A program made the translations under genes and the position numbers. DNA of 64,000 nt from Candidatus Eiseniibacteriota bacterium. GTDB lineage: Bacteria; Eisenbacteria; RBG-16-71-46. How positions within the stretch are numbered: the stretch's first letter is position 1; the number at the start of each line of letters is the position of its first letter. Shown here one piece after another: positions 30,090-39,438 of the stretch. Under the pieces are notes generated by a model. That model did no database searches, was not told where the DNA came from, and saw nothing but the letters and a program-made list of their open reading frames with translations. Location: NCBI GenBank assembly GCA_963776245.1, contig CAVZLN010000003.1:1-64000 (forward strand), read 5' to 3'.

Positions 30090-31896
30090 TCACGCCTCGA
30101 ACCGCAGCCCCAGTTCCTTCATGGTCACGGCGTCGACGTCGCTCGGGCAGCCGTCCATCAGGCTGGTCGCGCTCGCGGTCTTGGGGAACGCGATGGTGTC
30201 GCGGATGCTGTCGCGCCCGGCGAGCAGCATGACGATGCGGTCGAGCCCCATCCCGATGCCGGCGTGCGGCGGCGAGGCGAACCGGTACGCGTCGATCAGG
30301 AAGCCGAACTTCGCGTGCAGCTCCTCGGCGGTGAACCCCACCACCTTCATCACGCGCTCCTGGATGTCGGGCCGGTGGATGCGCACCGAGCCCGAGCCCA
30401 GCTCGTTGCCGTTGAGCACCAGGTCGTAGAGCTGCGCGTGCACCGCGCCCGGGTCGCTCTCGAGCAGCGCGACGTGCTCGGGGTTGGGCATGGTGAACAT
30501 GTGGTGGCGCGGCGACCAGCGCCGGGTGTCGGCGTCCCACTCGAACAGCGGGAACTCGCGCACCCACAGGAAGCGCCAGGTCGGCGGGCGGCCCTCGAGC
30601 AGCGGCGCCCCGAGCTGCGAGCGCAGCACGCCGAGCGCCTTGAGCGTGGGCTCCCACGGGCCCGACGTGAACAGCAGCGCGTCCCCCTCGACCGCGCTGG
30701 TGGCGGCGAAGAACTCGTCGAGCAGCGCCCCCGGGAAGATGACCTGCTGCTTCTCGCGGTCCGCGGGGAGCACCTTGAAGAACGACAGCCCGCCGCCGCC
30801 CGCCGCCTTCACCACGTCCTCGTACTTGCGCAACTGGGTGCCCGAGATCGACGCGCCGCCCGGCACCCGGAGCGCCACCCCGATCCCGCCGTCGGCACGG
30901 GCGCCGTTGGCGACCACGTTGCGCGGCGAGCGCGCGAGGATCGAGGTGACGTCCGAGAACTCGAGCCCGAAGCGCAGATCGGGCTTGTCGGAGCCGTAGC
31001 GCGACATCGCCTCGCGGAAGGTCAGGCGCGGGAACGGCGTGACCAGCTCGACGCCCAGGCACTCCTGCCACAGCGCCCGCATCAGCCCCTTCGACCAGCG
31101 CGAACACGTCGTCCTCGCGAGACGAAGCTCATCTCGAGGTCGATCTGGGTGTGCTCGGGCTGGCGGTCGGCGCGCAGGTCCTCGTCGCGCAGGCAGCGCG
31201 CGAGCTGGAAGTAGCGGTCGCAGCCCGCGATCATGAGCGTCTGCTTGTAGAGCTGCGGGCACTGCGGCAGCGCGTAGAAGCGCCCGTGGTGCACGCGGCT
31301 CGGCACGACGTAGTCGCGCGCGCCCTCGGGCGTGGGCTTCACCAGCAGCGGCGTCTCGATCTCGAGGAAGCACTGACCGGACAGGAAGGTGCGCGCCACC
31401 TGCATGACCTGATGGCGCAGCGCCAGCACCTGCGCGAGCGCGGGGCGGCGCAGGTCGAGGTAGCGGTACTTCAGCCGCAGGTCCTCGCTCGCCAGGTTCA
31501 GGTCGTCGTTGACCTGGAACGGCAGCGGGTCGCGGCCGAGAGCACCTTGAGCTCGCGCACGTCGAGCTCCACCTCGCCGGTCGGCATGTCGGGATTGAGG
31601 GACTCGGCCGGACGCGCGCTCACCGCGCCCCGCACGGCGATCACCCACTCGTTGCCCAGCCGCTCGGCGCGCGCCAGCAGCTCGCGCCCGGCGGTCTCGG
31701 GGCGGAACACGACCTGGGTGAGGCCGTAGCGGTCGCGCAGGTCGATGAACAGCACGCCGCCGTGATCGCGCACGCGGTGCACCCATCCCATCAGCGTCGC
31801 GGTCGAGCCGGCGTGGCCCGAGCGCAGCTCGCCGCAGGTGCGGGTCCGGCGCCAGTCCCCGAGACCTTCGAGCGTCAGCTTCTCGTCCGTGCTCAC
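30090..31896 (-). CDS. aspS: Aspartate--tRNA ligase with three apparent frameshifts (~31528, ~31117, ~31089), likely sequencing errors
   Basis: [62 protein letters not shown] and AFPKT motifs spread across frames; GTGA coupling with hisS. Confidence 0.95.
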
Positions 31897-33182
31897 GCGG
31901 TGCTCTCCTTGCGTCCGGCGAGCCGCGCGCGCAGGGCGCCGGCCAGCCCGTCCCTGGCCACCGTGGACTGCTCGCGGCTCGCGAGGTCCCGGACCACCAC
32001 CTCGCCGCGGGCCCACTCGTCCTCGCCGAGGATCACCACCAGCGCGGCGCCCGCCTTGTCGGCGACCTTGAGCTGGGCGCCCATGCCGCGCGCCTCGACA
32101 TCGCACTCCACCGCGAGCGAGCGGCGCAGCTCGCGCACCAGCGGCAGCGCGGCCGCGCGCGTGGCGTCCATCGCCACCACCACCACCTCGGGCCGCCGCG
32201 GCGCGGGGCCGACCCCGCGCTGCTCGAGCACCAGCAGCACGCGATCGAGCCCGATGGCGAAGCCCACGCCCGGGGTGGCCGGGCCGCCCAGCGCCTCGAC
32301 CAGGCCGTCGTACCGCCCGCCGCCGCCGAGCGCGCTCTGCGCGCCGAGCGTGCGGTCGTGCACCTCGAACGCGGTGCGCGTGTAGTAGTCGAGCCCGCGC
32401 ACCAGTCCGTGGTCGACCTCGTAGGTGATCCCCAGCGCCTCGAGCCCGGCGAGCACCTGGTCCCAGTGCGCGCGATCGGCGTCATCGAGCGCGTCGAGCA
32501 TGCGCGGCATCGCGCCGCGCTCGGCGAACAGCGCGCGGTCGCCAGCGTCCTTGGTGTCGAGCACGCGCAGCGGGTTGGAGACCAGACGCTGCTGCGAGTC
32601 CGCGCTCAAGCGGTCGTGCACCGGCGCCAGCCACTCGCGCAGCGCGTCGCCGTAGGCGCGGCGCGAGGCCGGCTGGCCGACGCTGTTCACCGGCACCACG
32701 AGGTCGCGGAAGCCCCACGCCTCGTAGAGGTCCACGAACAGCGCGATGATCTCGACGTCGGCGCCCGGCGCGCTCACCCCGACCAGCTCGACATTGAGCT
32801 GCGAGAACTGGCGGTAGCGCCCCTTCTGCGGGCGGCCGTAGCGGAACACCGGGCCCTGGCTCCACAGCCGGTGCACGCGCGCGCGCCCGCCGAGGCCGTG
32901 CTCGAGGTACGCGCGCATCACGCCGGCGGTGAACTCGGGACGCAGCGCGAGGTCGCGGTCGCCGAGGTCGCGGAACCGGTACATCTCCTTCTGCACCACG
33001 TCGCTCGACTCGCCCGAGGTGCGCGCGAACAGCTCGAAGTCCTCGAACAGCGGGGTGCGGATCTCCGCGTAGCCGTAGCGCTCGAGCACCTCGCGCGCGC
33101 GGTCCTCCGCCCACGCCCAGCGCTCGGTCTCGCCGGGGAGCAGGTCGCGCGTGCCGCGCGGGGCCTGGTGACGGGGTGCCAT
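31893..33182 (-). CDS. hisS: Histidine--tRNA ligase
   Basis: [33 protein letters not shown] and GGGRYDGL motifs. Confidence 0.98.
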   Translation of the reverse strand: MAPRHQAPRGTRDLLPGETERWAWAEDRAREVLERYGYAEIRTPLFEDFELFARTSGESSDVVQKEMYRFRDLGDRDLALRPEFTAGVMRAYLEHGLGGRARVHRLWSQGPVFRYGRPQKGRYRQFSQLNVELVGVSAPGADVEIIALFVDLYEAWGFRDLVVPVNSVGQPASRRAYGDALREWLAPVHDRLSADSQQRLVSNPLRVLDTKDAGDRALFAERGAMPRMLDALDDADRAHWDQVLAGLEALGITYEVDHGLVRGLDYYTRTAFEVHDRTLGAQSALGGGGRYDGLVEALGGPATPGVGFAIGLDRVLLVLEQRGVGPAPRRPEVVVVAMDATRAAALPLVRELRRSLAVECDVEARGMGAQLKVADKAGAALVVILGEDEWARGEVVVRDLASREQSTVARDGLAGALRARLAGRKESTA

Positions 33183-33197
33183 CGCGAACCTTCCTCC

Positions 33198-33587
33198 TCA
33201 GTTGCGGCGGGTGAAGACGAACGCGAGCTGCGCCAGCATCAGCCCGGCGAGATCGGCCACCAGGTCGAGCGCGCTGCACTCGCGGCCGGGGACGAAGCGC
33301 TGGTGCAGCTCGTCCGTCAGCCCCACCAGCCCGCCCAGGCCCACCGCCATGACCGCCGCCATCACCGCGATGCGCACCCGCAACGTCGCGCGCAGGGCGC
33401 GCGCCAGCAGGAAGCCGAGCACCGCGTACTCGAGGACGTGGTAGAGCTTGTCGGCGTTGACGAAGCGGACCGGGGGCTGGAGGTTGGCCTGACCGCCCAC
33501 CACCAGCACGAGCGTGGCGTACACCAGCACCGGCAGCCAATACCCGATGAAGAGCACGAAGTCCCGCCGTGCCGGGGGTCGCTCCAC
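33198..33587 (-). CDS. VanZ-like family protein
   Basis: DKLYHVLEYAVLG, DELHQRFVPGR and DLVAD motifs; GGAGG RBS. Confidence 0.88.
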   Translation of the reverse strand: MERPPARRDFVLFIGYWLPVLVYATLVLVVGGQANLQPPVRFVNADKLYHVLEYAVLGFLLARALRATLRVRIAVMAAVMAVGLGGLVGLTDELHQRFVPGRECSALDLVADLAGLMLAQLAFVFTRRN

Positions 33588-33668
33588 CCGCCGTCCTCCG
33601 TGGTTGGACCCGCTCCCCCGCCCGCGCGGCGCGCGCGAGCCGGCCTCGGACCCTCGAGAGTTCGGCGC

Positions 33669-33698
33669 AATGTAGCACGCACGCGCGCGGAGCGTCAT
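33669..33698 (-). promoter_or_regulatory. Promoter of vanZ-hisS-aspS
   Basis: ATGACG-18 bp-TACATT with extended -10 TG. Confidence 0.55.
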
Positions 33699-33731
33699 GT
33701 CGAGCCGCAGCCGGCGCGCGGGCCTTCACGC

Positions 33732-33760
33732 TTGACGCACGCGCGCCGCGAACGTAGATT
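33732..33760 (+). promoter_or_regulatory. tRNA promoter
   Basis: TTGACG-17 bp-TAGATT. Confidence 0.75.
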
Positions 33761-33803
33761 CCCTGCCGCTCTTGTCCGCACATCGAGGTGCGGTTCGCCG
33801 AGT

Positions 33804-33879
<76 letters not shown>

Positions 33880-33888
33880 TCTCACCCG

Positions 33889-33926
33889 CGGCTCGTCGTC
33901 CCACCGGACGGCGAGCCGACGCGTTT
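33889..33926 (+). terminator. Hairpin after the tRNA (terminator or processing signal)
   Basis: 13-bp stem CGGCTCGTCGTCC/GGACGGCGAGCCG with a 4-nt loop and a weak T tract. Confidence 0.55.
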
Positions 33927-34417
33927 CGGGCCCCGGTCGCCGCGCGCCCTTCACCCCCGCCAGCCCCACGCCGCGCCGCCGCCTCCGCCCGCTCGGCGTC
34001 GTGACGCGATCGCGACTCAGCGACCGGCGCGCGGGCCACGTGTCCCCTTCGCTTCGCCCACTGGGCGCCCGCCCGCCATGCAGGCCAAGGGCCGCGCTGC
34101 GCCCGGGGGACGCCGGTGCTCACACCTGCGGATCGGATCGATCCGTTCCCGGCGGGCCCGCGCCGCGCCCGCCCGGGGGCGCCGGTTCAGGCCACTCGAA
34201 CGCCTTTGCCGTACGGAAACCGGTCCGAAGCGTCCTTTTCGATGGACATCTGGGGCCGCGGACCAGCATGATTCCCGTCAGGCCGTTGTCACGACATCCT
34301 CGCGCGCCGCGCTATGCGTCGCGACTCGTCGGTGCGTGACGATGGCCCGATTTGTTTCTTGCCCGAAGAGGCCGCGAACCAGCGCTCGCACCTTCGTCAT
34401 CCCTGCGGAAGGTCCCC

Positions 34418-35338
34418 ATGCGACTTCGTCACCACGCCTCCACTCTCATCCTGACCGGTGTCGCCCTGGCCTTCGCGGCTTCGGTGTCGATCGCCCAAGC
34501 GCTCGATACTCCCAGCTTGTCTTCGGTCGCCGTCGGGCATGGAAAGGTGCACATCACGATCACGGCCGGTCCGAGCGGTGCTCCCGGCGGCTTCGAAGTC
34601 TGCTACATGACCGCGGCCGATTTCGCGGCGCGCGGCGGCTGGCCCGCCAGCGGCTGGTGGCCCGAGGAAGGCTGGGTCACCTACACCGGCGTCGGCACCC
34701 TGAACACCTGGGGCTCCGCGCAGGTCGACTTCAAGCTCGGCCCCGGACAGTCGATCGACGTCGAGATCGGCGACGCAGCGGACGAGTCAGGCGTTTCGGG
34801 CACCACGGCGAACGAACTCACCGACGCGACCGACTGGGTCATCTGTGTGTATGCCGTCGCCGGCGGCGGCCAGTCGCGCAGCGTGTACTCGGCCAACATC
34901 GCGGGCACGACGACCGCGCAGGGCTCGAACTGCACTTACACGCAGGGCTACTGGAAGAACCACAGCGGCTCGTGGCCGGTCTCCAGCCTGATGCTGGGCA
35001 CGGTGAACTACTCGGCGGCGCAGCTGCTGTCGATCCTCAACAAGCCGGTCGGCGGCAATGGCCTCATCTCGCTCGCCCACCAGCTGATCGCGACCAAGCT
35101 CAACATCGCGGCCGGCGCCGACCCGACCGCGGTGGCGGCCAGCATCGCGTCGGCCAACGCGCTCATCGGCGGTCTGGTCGTGCCTCCGGTCGGCGCGGGC
35201 TACCTCGCCCCGGCCGCGACCAGCGCACTCACGCAATCGCTGGACGACTTCAACAACGGCCTCACGGGTCCCGGCCACTGCGGCGGCACGCAGGCGCGCA
35301 AGTCGACGTGGGGCGGCGTGAAGGGCCTTTACCGCTAG
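34418..35338 (+). CDS. Secreted protein with a C-terminal STWGGVKGLYR sorting-like motif
   Basis: Signal peptide (SIAQA), FN3/Ig-like region, CTYTQGYWKNH...LAHQLIATKLN domain and terminal motif. Confidence 0.8.
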   Translation: MRLRHHASTLILTGVALAFAASVSIAQALDTPSLSSVAVGHGKVHITITAGPSGAPGGFEVCYMTAADFAARGGWPASGWWPEEGWVTYTGVGTLNTWGSAQVDFKLGPGQSIDVEIGDAADESGVSGTTANELTDATDWVICVYAVAGGGQSRSVYSANIAGTTTAQGSNCTYTQGYWKNHSGSWPVSSLMLGTVNYSAAQLLSILNKPVGGNGLISLAHQLIATKLNIAAGADPTAVAASIASANALIGGLVVPPVGAGYLAPAATSALTQSLDDFNNGLTGPGHCGGTQARKSTWGGVKGLYR

Positions 35339-35363
35339 TCCGCCACCGCGCCGAGCAGTCCCG

Positions 35364-35392
35364 ACGCCCGCCCTCCTCACGAGGGCGGGCGT
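35364..35392. terminator. Intrinsic terminator hairpin between convergent genes
   Basis: Perfect 12-bp stem ACGCCCGCCCTC/GAGGGCGGGCGT with a 5-nt loop. Confidence 0.75.
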
Positions 35393-35453
35393 TCCGTTGG
35401 GGGTGTGACGTCCACGCTGCCGCCCACTCCCGAAGACCCGGTCATGAGCTGCT

Positions 35454-36647
35454 TCACCCCCGCCAGCCCCACGCGAGCCCGACCAGCACCAGCCCCACCG
35501 CCGCGATCCACATCGCCGCGCGCGCCGGCCACGGCACGGCCCCCGGCTGGGACGCCGCGGGGGCGGGCACGCCGAACGCCGCGCGCGCCTCGCGCACCGC
35601 GACCACGAACGCCGTGGTCCACGCGGCGCCGAGCGCGAACAGCGGCACCACGCGCCCGGCGTGCGCGAGCGAGCGCGCGGTCTCGAACCACAGCCGCGCA
35701 CCCGGCGTGCCCGGGACGCCGGCGAGCGAGAGCAGCGCGAACAGCCCCGCGAGCCCCGCGAGCGGATGACGCCGGAACAGCGCGGCGGCGGGCGCGGGGC
35801 CCTCGGCGACCGGGAGGAAACGCGCCACCAGCCCGGCGCCCGCGAGCGAGAGCATGAGATGAGCGGCCCACGCGTCCGCGTGCGGCATGGTCAGGGGCGC
35901 GCCGACCTGCGCGGCGGCGAACGAGGCGAGCACCAGCCCGCCCTGCAGGCTCGCGAGCGTGCCGACGCGACGCTCGGGCCGGCGCTGCGCCACCAGCGTC
36001 GCCGCGCTGGCGAGGAACGCGACCGTGGCGCCGAAGCCCAGCAGGCCGGTCGCCAGCGCCGCCGCATCGGGATCCGCCTCGACGCCGGCGACCCGCGCCG
36101 CGAGCCACGCCATCCCGAGCGCCTGGAGCGCCGCCGCGGTGAGCGGCGCGGCCCACGCACGTCCGCCGTGCATCAGGTCGGCGAGCCAGGCGTGGAACGG
36201 CGCGGCGCCCACCAGCACCGCGCCCGCCAGCAGCGAGAGCGGCAGCGCGGTGCGCCACAGGGTGGGCGGATCGATGGCGAGCGCGAGCACGCCCCATTGC
36301 TCGCTGGGGATCGCGGTGCCGGCCGCCAGGGTGAGCAGCTGCACCCCGGCCCACGACAGCGCGAGCGCGGGCGCCACCACCCACGCCAGCTTGAGCGCGC
36401 ACTCGGTCTGCAGGCGGTCGTCGCGATCGCGCGCCAGCAGCGCCACCGCCAGCGCCACGCCGGGCACCGCCCACGCGGCGGGAGCGCCCGGCACGCCCCC
36501 GGCCAGCGCCGCCAGCGCCGCCAGCGCCAGCGCGGTGAACGCCCCATGCGTCCGTCCACGGCGCTCCAGCGAGAGCGCGGACAGCGCGGAGGCGAGCGCC
36601 ACCGCGGCGGCGATCAGGCGCAGGAACACCGGGGCGAGCGCGGTCAT
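35454..36647 (-). CDS. Degenerate NuoN-like antiporter-fold membrane protein
   Basis: TECALKL, GAAPFHAWLAD and LSLAGVPGTPG resemble NuoN motifs; ATGA coupling with the upstream gene. Confidence 0.75.
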   Translation of the reverse strand: MTALAPVFLRLIAAAVALASALSALSLERRGRTHGAFTALALAALAALAGGVPGAPAAWAVPGVALAVALLARDRDDRLQTECALKLAWVVAPALALSWAGVQLLTLAAGTAIPSEQWGVLALAIDPPTLWRTALPLSLLAGAVLVGAAPFHAWLADLMHGGRAWAAPLTAAALQALGMAWLAARVAGVEADPDAAALATGLLGFGATVAFLASAATLVAQRRPERRVGTLASLQGGLVLASFAAAQVGAPLTMPHADAWAAHLMLSLAGAGLVARFLPVAEGPAPAAALFRRHPLAGLAGLFALLSLAGVPGTPGARLWFETARSLAHAGRVVPLFALGAAWTTAFVVAVREARAAFGVPAPAASQPGAVPWPARAAMWIAAVGLVLVGLAWGWRG

Positions 36648-37978
36648 CGCAGGAACGGGAGCAGGACCGCGAGCACCGCGGCGGCGACCACCAGCAGGAG
36701 CACCTCCTGCGGGTCGCCCGAGTGCAGGTCGCGCAGCGGCAGGATGAGACCGCGCAACAGCGTGACGACCGCGCCCACCAGTCGCTGTTCGGCCGTCACC
36801 ACCACGCGGAACACGTCGCGCGCGAGCGCGCGGGCGACGCGGCCCACGCGTTCCACTCCGGCGAGCGCCGGCTCCACCACGCTCGCCCCGCGGCCGGTGA
36901 GCGCGAACCCGCCGCCGATCAGCGCGGGCAACAATGCGAGCGCCGCCCCGGGCCACGACGCCTCGAGCCCGGTCCACCACGCCATCAGCAGCGCGGCCGG
37001 GCCGAGCATGAGCGTGACGCCGGCGCCGACGTGACTGGCGGTGAACGCGAGTTCGCGGCGCACCACCTGGCGGCGCTCGGGCGCCTCGACGAAGCGCCGC
37101 ACGGCGATCCACGCGCCGAGCGCCACCGGCAGCGAGCCGGCGAGCACCGCGAGCGGCATCGGTCCGGGCGCGCGGCCGGCCAGCAGCGCCAGCAGCACCG
37201 GCCACGACAGCGACGCCCCGGCGGTCCACGAGGCGAGACGCCACAGGCGATGGAGCAGCGCGCCGCGCCGCGGCGTGGCGCCGCGCAGTTCGCCCGCGAG
37301 CATGAACGCGCGCCCGCCCGACGCGGCGATCCACAGCATCAGGCTGACCGCCGGGTGCACCCCGCCCATCGCCACCAGCAGCGCCGCGAAGGCGCCGTCG
37401 GCGACCGCCAGCCAGCGCAGGCTCGCCGTCCACTGCAGGCGGCCGAACGCGCGCAGGGTGCCGAGCAGCGCGGTGAGGATGAGCAGCACCACCGCGGGGC
37501 CGCGCACCAGGGGCAGCGCGGTCCACGCCCCCGCGTGGCGCCACAGCACCAGGAAGCCCGCCGCGGGCAGCAGCACCGGCAGCCACGGGCGGATCACGAG
37601 CAGCGGTCCGGGCAGGTCGGAGTAGGGCCGCGCCGCGGGCAGCGCCGCCAGCAGCTCGAGCCCCGCCCACACCAGCGCCACCGCCTCGAGCGAGCGCAGC
37701 GACACCGCGACGTGCGGCGGCGGCGCGCCGGCGGACGCGAGCGCGTGAGCGGCCGCGGCCAGCCACAGCGCCTGCGCCGGGCGGCGCAGCCATCCCCAGC
37801 GCGGCAATTGCTCGCGCGCGTCCTCCGCCGCTCTCGCCCACGACCAGAACGCCAGCGCCAGCGCCTCGAGCGCGAGCGCGCCCGCCCACATCGGGCCGGC
37901 GGCGAGCAGCGGATAGGCGAGCACGGTGAGCAGCGCGCCCGCGACACGCGGCCCGGGAGTGCGAAGGGGCGGACGCAT
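36644..37978 (-). CDS. Degenerate NuoL/MrpA-like membrane protein
   Basis: AAGFLVLWRH and LTALLGTLRAF segments; long amphipathic helix ending LRDLHSGD followed by a final TM, as in NuoL. Confidence 0.6.
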   Translation of the reverse strand: MRPPLRTPGPRVAGALLTVLAYPLLAAGPMWAGALALEALALAFWSWARAAEDAREQLPRWGWLRRPAQALWLAAAAHALASAGAPPPHVAVSLRSLEAVALVWAGLELLAALPAARPYSDLPGPLLVIRPWLPVLLPAAGFLVLWRHAGAWTALPLVRGPAVVLLILTALLGTLRAFGRLQWTASLRWLAVADGAFAALLVAMGGVHPAVSLMLWIAASGGRAFMLAGELRGATPRRGALLHRLWRLASWTAGASLSWPVLLALLAGRAPGPMPLAVLAGSLPVALGAWIAVRRFVEAPERRQVVRRELAFTASHVGAGVTLMLGPAALLMAWWTGLEASWPGAALALLPALIGGGFALTGRGASVVEPALAGVERVGRVARALARDVFRVVVTAEQRLVGAVVTLLRGLILPLRDLHSGDPQEVLLLVVAAAVLAVLLPFLR

Positions 37979-37980
37979 GG

Positions 37981-38634
37981 TCAGTCGTGCAGGTCGTGGG
38001 AGAGCGCGATGCGGTCGCTGCCCACCGCGTGCTCGCGCGCGGCGGCGAGCCGGCCGGCCAGCGCCACCGCGAGCACGGTGGCGGCGAGCGGGCCGACCGA
38101 CCACCCCACGCCCCCCTGCGCCGTGCCGGCGGCGTACTCGAGCACCTGCACTCCGTAGCCGAGCGCGGCGAACGACAGCGCCGCGCGGCGCACGCGCCGG
38201 CGCAGCATGAGGTGCATGAGCCCGAGCCCGAGCATGAGCAGCGCGAGCGCGGCGCGGCGGTCGGCGTCGGGACCGAGGTCGGCCCGCGCCAGCGCCGCCA
38301 CCAGCAGCCCCAGCAGCGCGAGCCCGACGGCGATCCCGGCGGCGCTCGACTCGAGCCCGCCGAGCAGCGCGCGCCCCGGGCGCGGCGACCGCTCCCCCGC
38401 GCCCGGGCGCCCGCCGAGCCACGCTACGGCGAGCCACAGCGCGCACCATGCCGCGGTGACCAGCGCAGGCGCGCCGGCGGGCACGAAGGGCAGCGCGAGC
38501 GCCACGCCGAGCGCCGCCAGCCGCGCGACCCCGCGCCCGGGCAGCACCACCGAAGGCGCCACGCATGCGGCGGGCGCGAGCCAGCGCGCCAGCGACAGCG
38601 GGTCGAGCGTGGTCCAGGCGTCGAGGAAGTTCAC
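37981..38634 (-). CDS. Membrane protein with a C-terminal NuoK/MrpC-like region
   Basis: LLMLGLGLMHLMLRRRVRR...GSDRIALSHDLHD resembles NuoK; GGAGGG RBS before GTG. Confidence 0.6.
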   Translation of the reverse strand: MNFLDAWTTLDPLSLARWLAPAACVAPSVVLPGRGVARLAALGVALALPFVPAGAPALVTAAWCALWLAVAWLGGRPGAGERSPRPGRALLGGLESSAAGIAVGLALLGLLVAALARADLGPDADRRAALALLMLGLGLMHLMLRRRVRRAALSFAALGYGVQVLEYAAGTAQGGVGWSVGPLAATVLAVALAGRLAAAREHAVGSDRIALSHDLHD

Positions 38635-38693
38635 GCGGGCTCCCTCCGCGTGGGTGGGACGGCGGGGCTCCGACCGGCGGGCCGGCCGGCGGG

Positions 38694-39161
38694 CTACGGG
38701 ATGTAGACGCTCTCCGCCTGGTGCAGCGTCGCCAGGAACTCCTCGGCGCTGCGCGCCTCGCGCAGACCGCGGCGCACGCTCTCCTCCTTGAGGAGACGCG
38801 AGATGTTGGCGAGCACCTTGACGTGCAGGGTGGTGGCGCTCTCGGGCGAGACGAACAGTACGATGAGGTTCACCGGTTGTCCGTCCTCGGCCTCGAAGTC
38901 GAGCCCATCCGGGACCAGCCCCACCGCCGCCGCCATGCGGTCCACCGCGCGCGCCTTGCCGTGCGGGATGGCGATGCCGTTGCCGATCCCGGTGGTCATC
39001 ATGGCCTCGCGGCGCAGGACGCGATCGAGGATCTCGCCCTGGCTCTGGAAGCCGTGCGCCGCCTCGAGCCCGTCCACCAGTTCGACCAGCGCTTCCCGCT
39101 TGGTCCGCGCCTTGAGGCGCACCAGGACGGCAGCAGGGTTGAGCAACTCGGAGAGGCGCAT
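38694..39161 (-). CDS. ptsN: PTS EIIA protein (Ntr/fructose type)
   Basis: REAMMTTGIGNGIAIPHGK phospho-His motif and HVKVLANISRLL. Confidence 0.85.
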   Translation of the reverse strand: MRLSELLNPAAVLVRLKARTKREALVELVDGLEAAHGFQSQGEILDRVLRREAMMTTGIGNGIAIPHGKARAVDRMAAAVGLVPDGLDFEAEDGQPVNLIVLFVSPESATTLHVKVLANISRLLKEESVRRGLREARSAEEFLATLHQAESVYIP

Positions 39162-39207
39162 GAGGATGGCTCCGGACCCGGACCGCAGGGCATCGCGTGG
39201 ACTCCGG

Positions 39208-39236
39208 AACCTAGGCAGCGTGCGCGGGGGTGTCAA
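39208..39236 (-). promoter_or_regulatory. Near-consensus sigma70 promoter of the ptsN operon
   Basis: TTGACA-17 bp-TAGGTT. Confidence 0.75.
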
Positions 39237-39337
39237 GCGGGATTCGTCCGCGGGCGCGACCGTCCGCGGCGCGCGGGGCGCGTCTCGTGGCCGCGCCCGG
39301 ACACGCTCGGACACGCGTCGGGAGCGCGGCGCGCTTG

Positions 39338-39346
39338 TGCTAGACT
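39338..39346 (+). promoter_or_regulatory. Extended -10 promoter of the diguanylate cyclase
   Basis: TG-C-TAGACT. Confidence 0.55.
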
Positions 39347-39438
39347 GATGGCTGTCCGCGCACGGGGAAGTGCAGTTCGGTACCGCATCCGACCCCCGAC
39401 CGCATCATGCACCGCAACCCATCCTGGGAGGCACGGAC

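Noticed and set aside
30090..31896. aspS as a pseudogene or programmed frameshift
   Set aside because: Essential gene with intact motifs and no slippery heptamer; similar indels occur across the contig.
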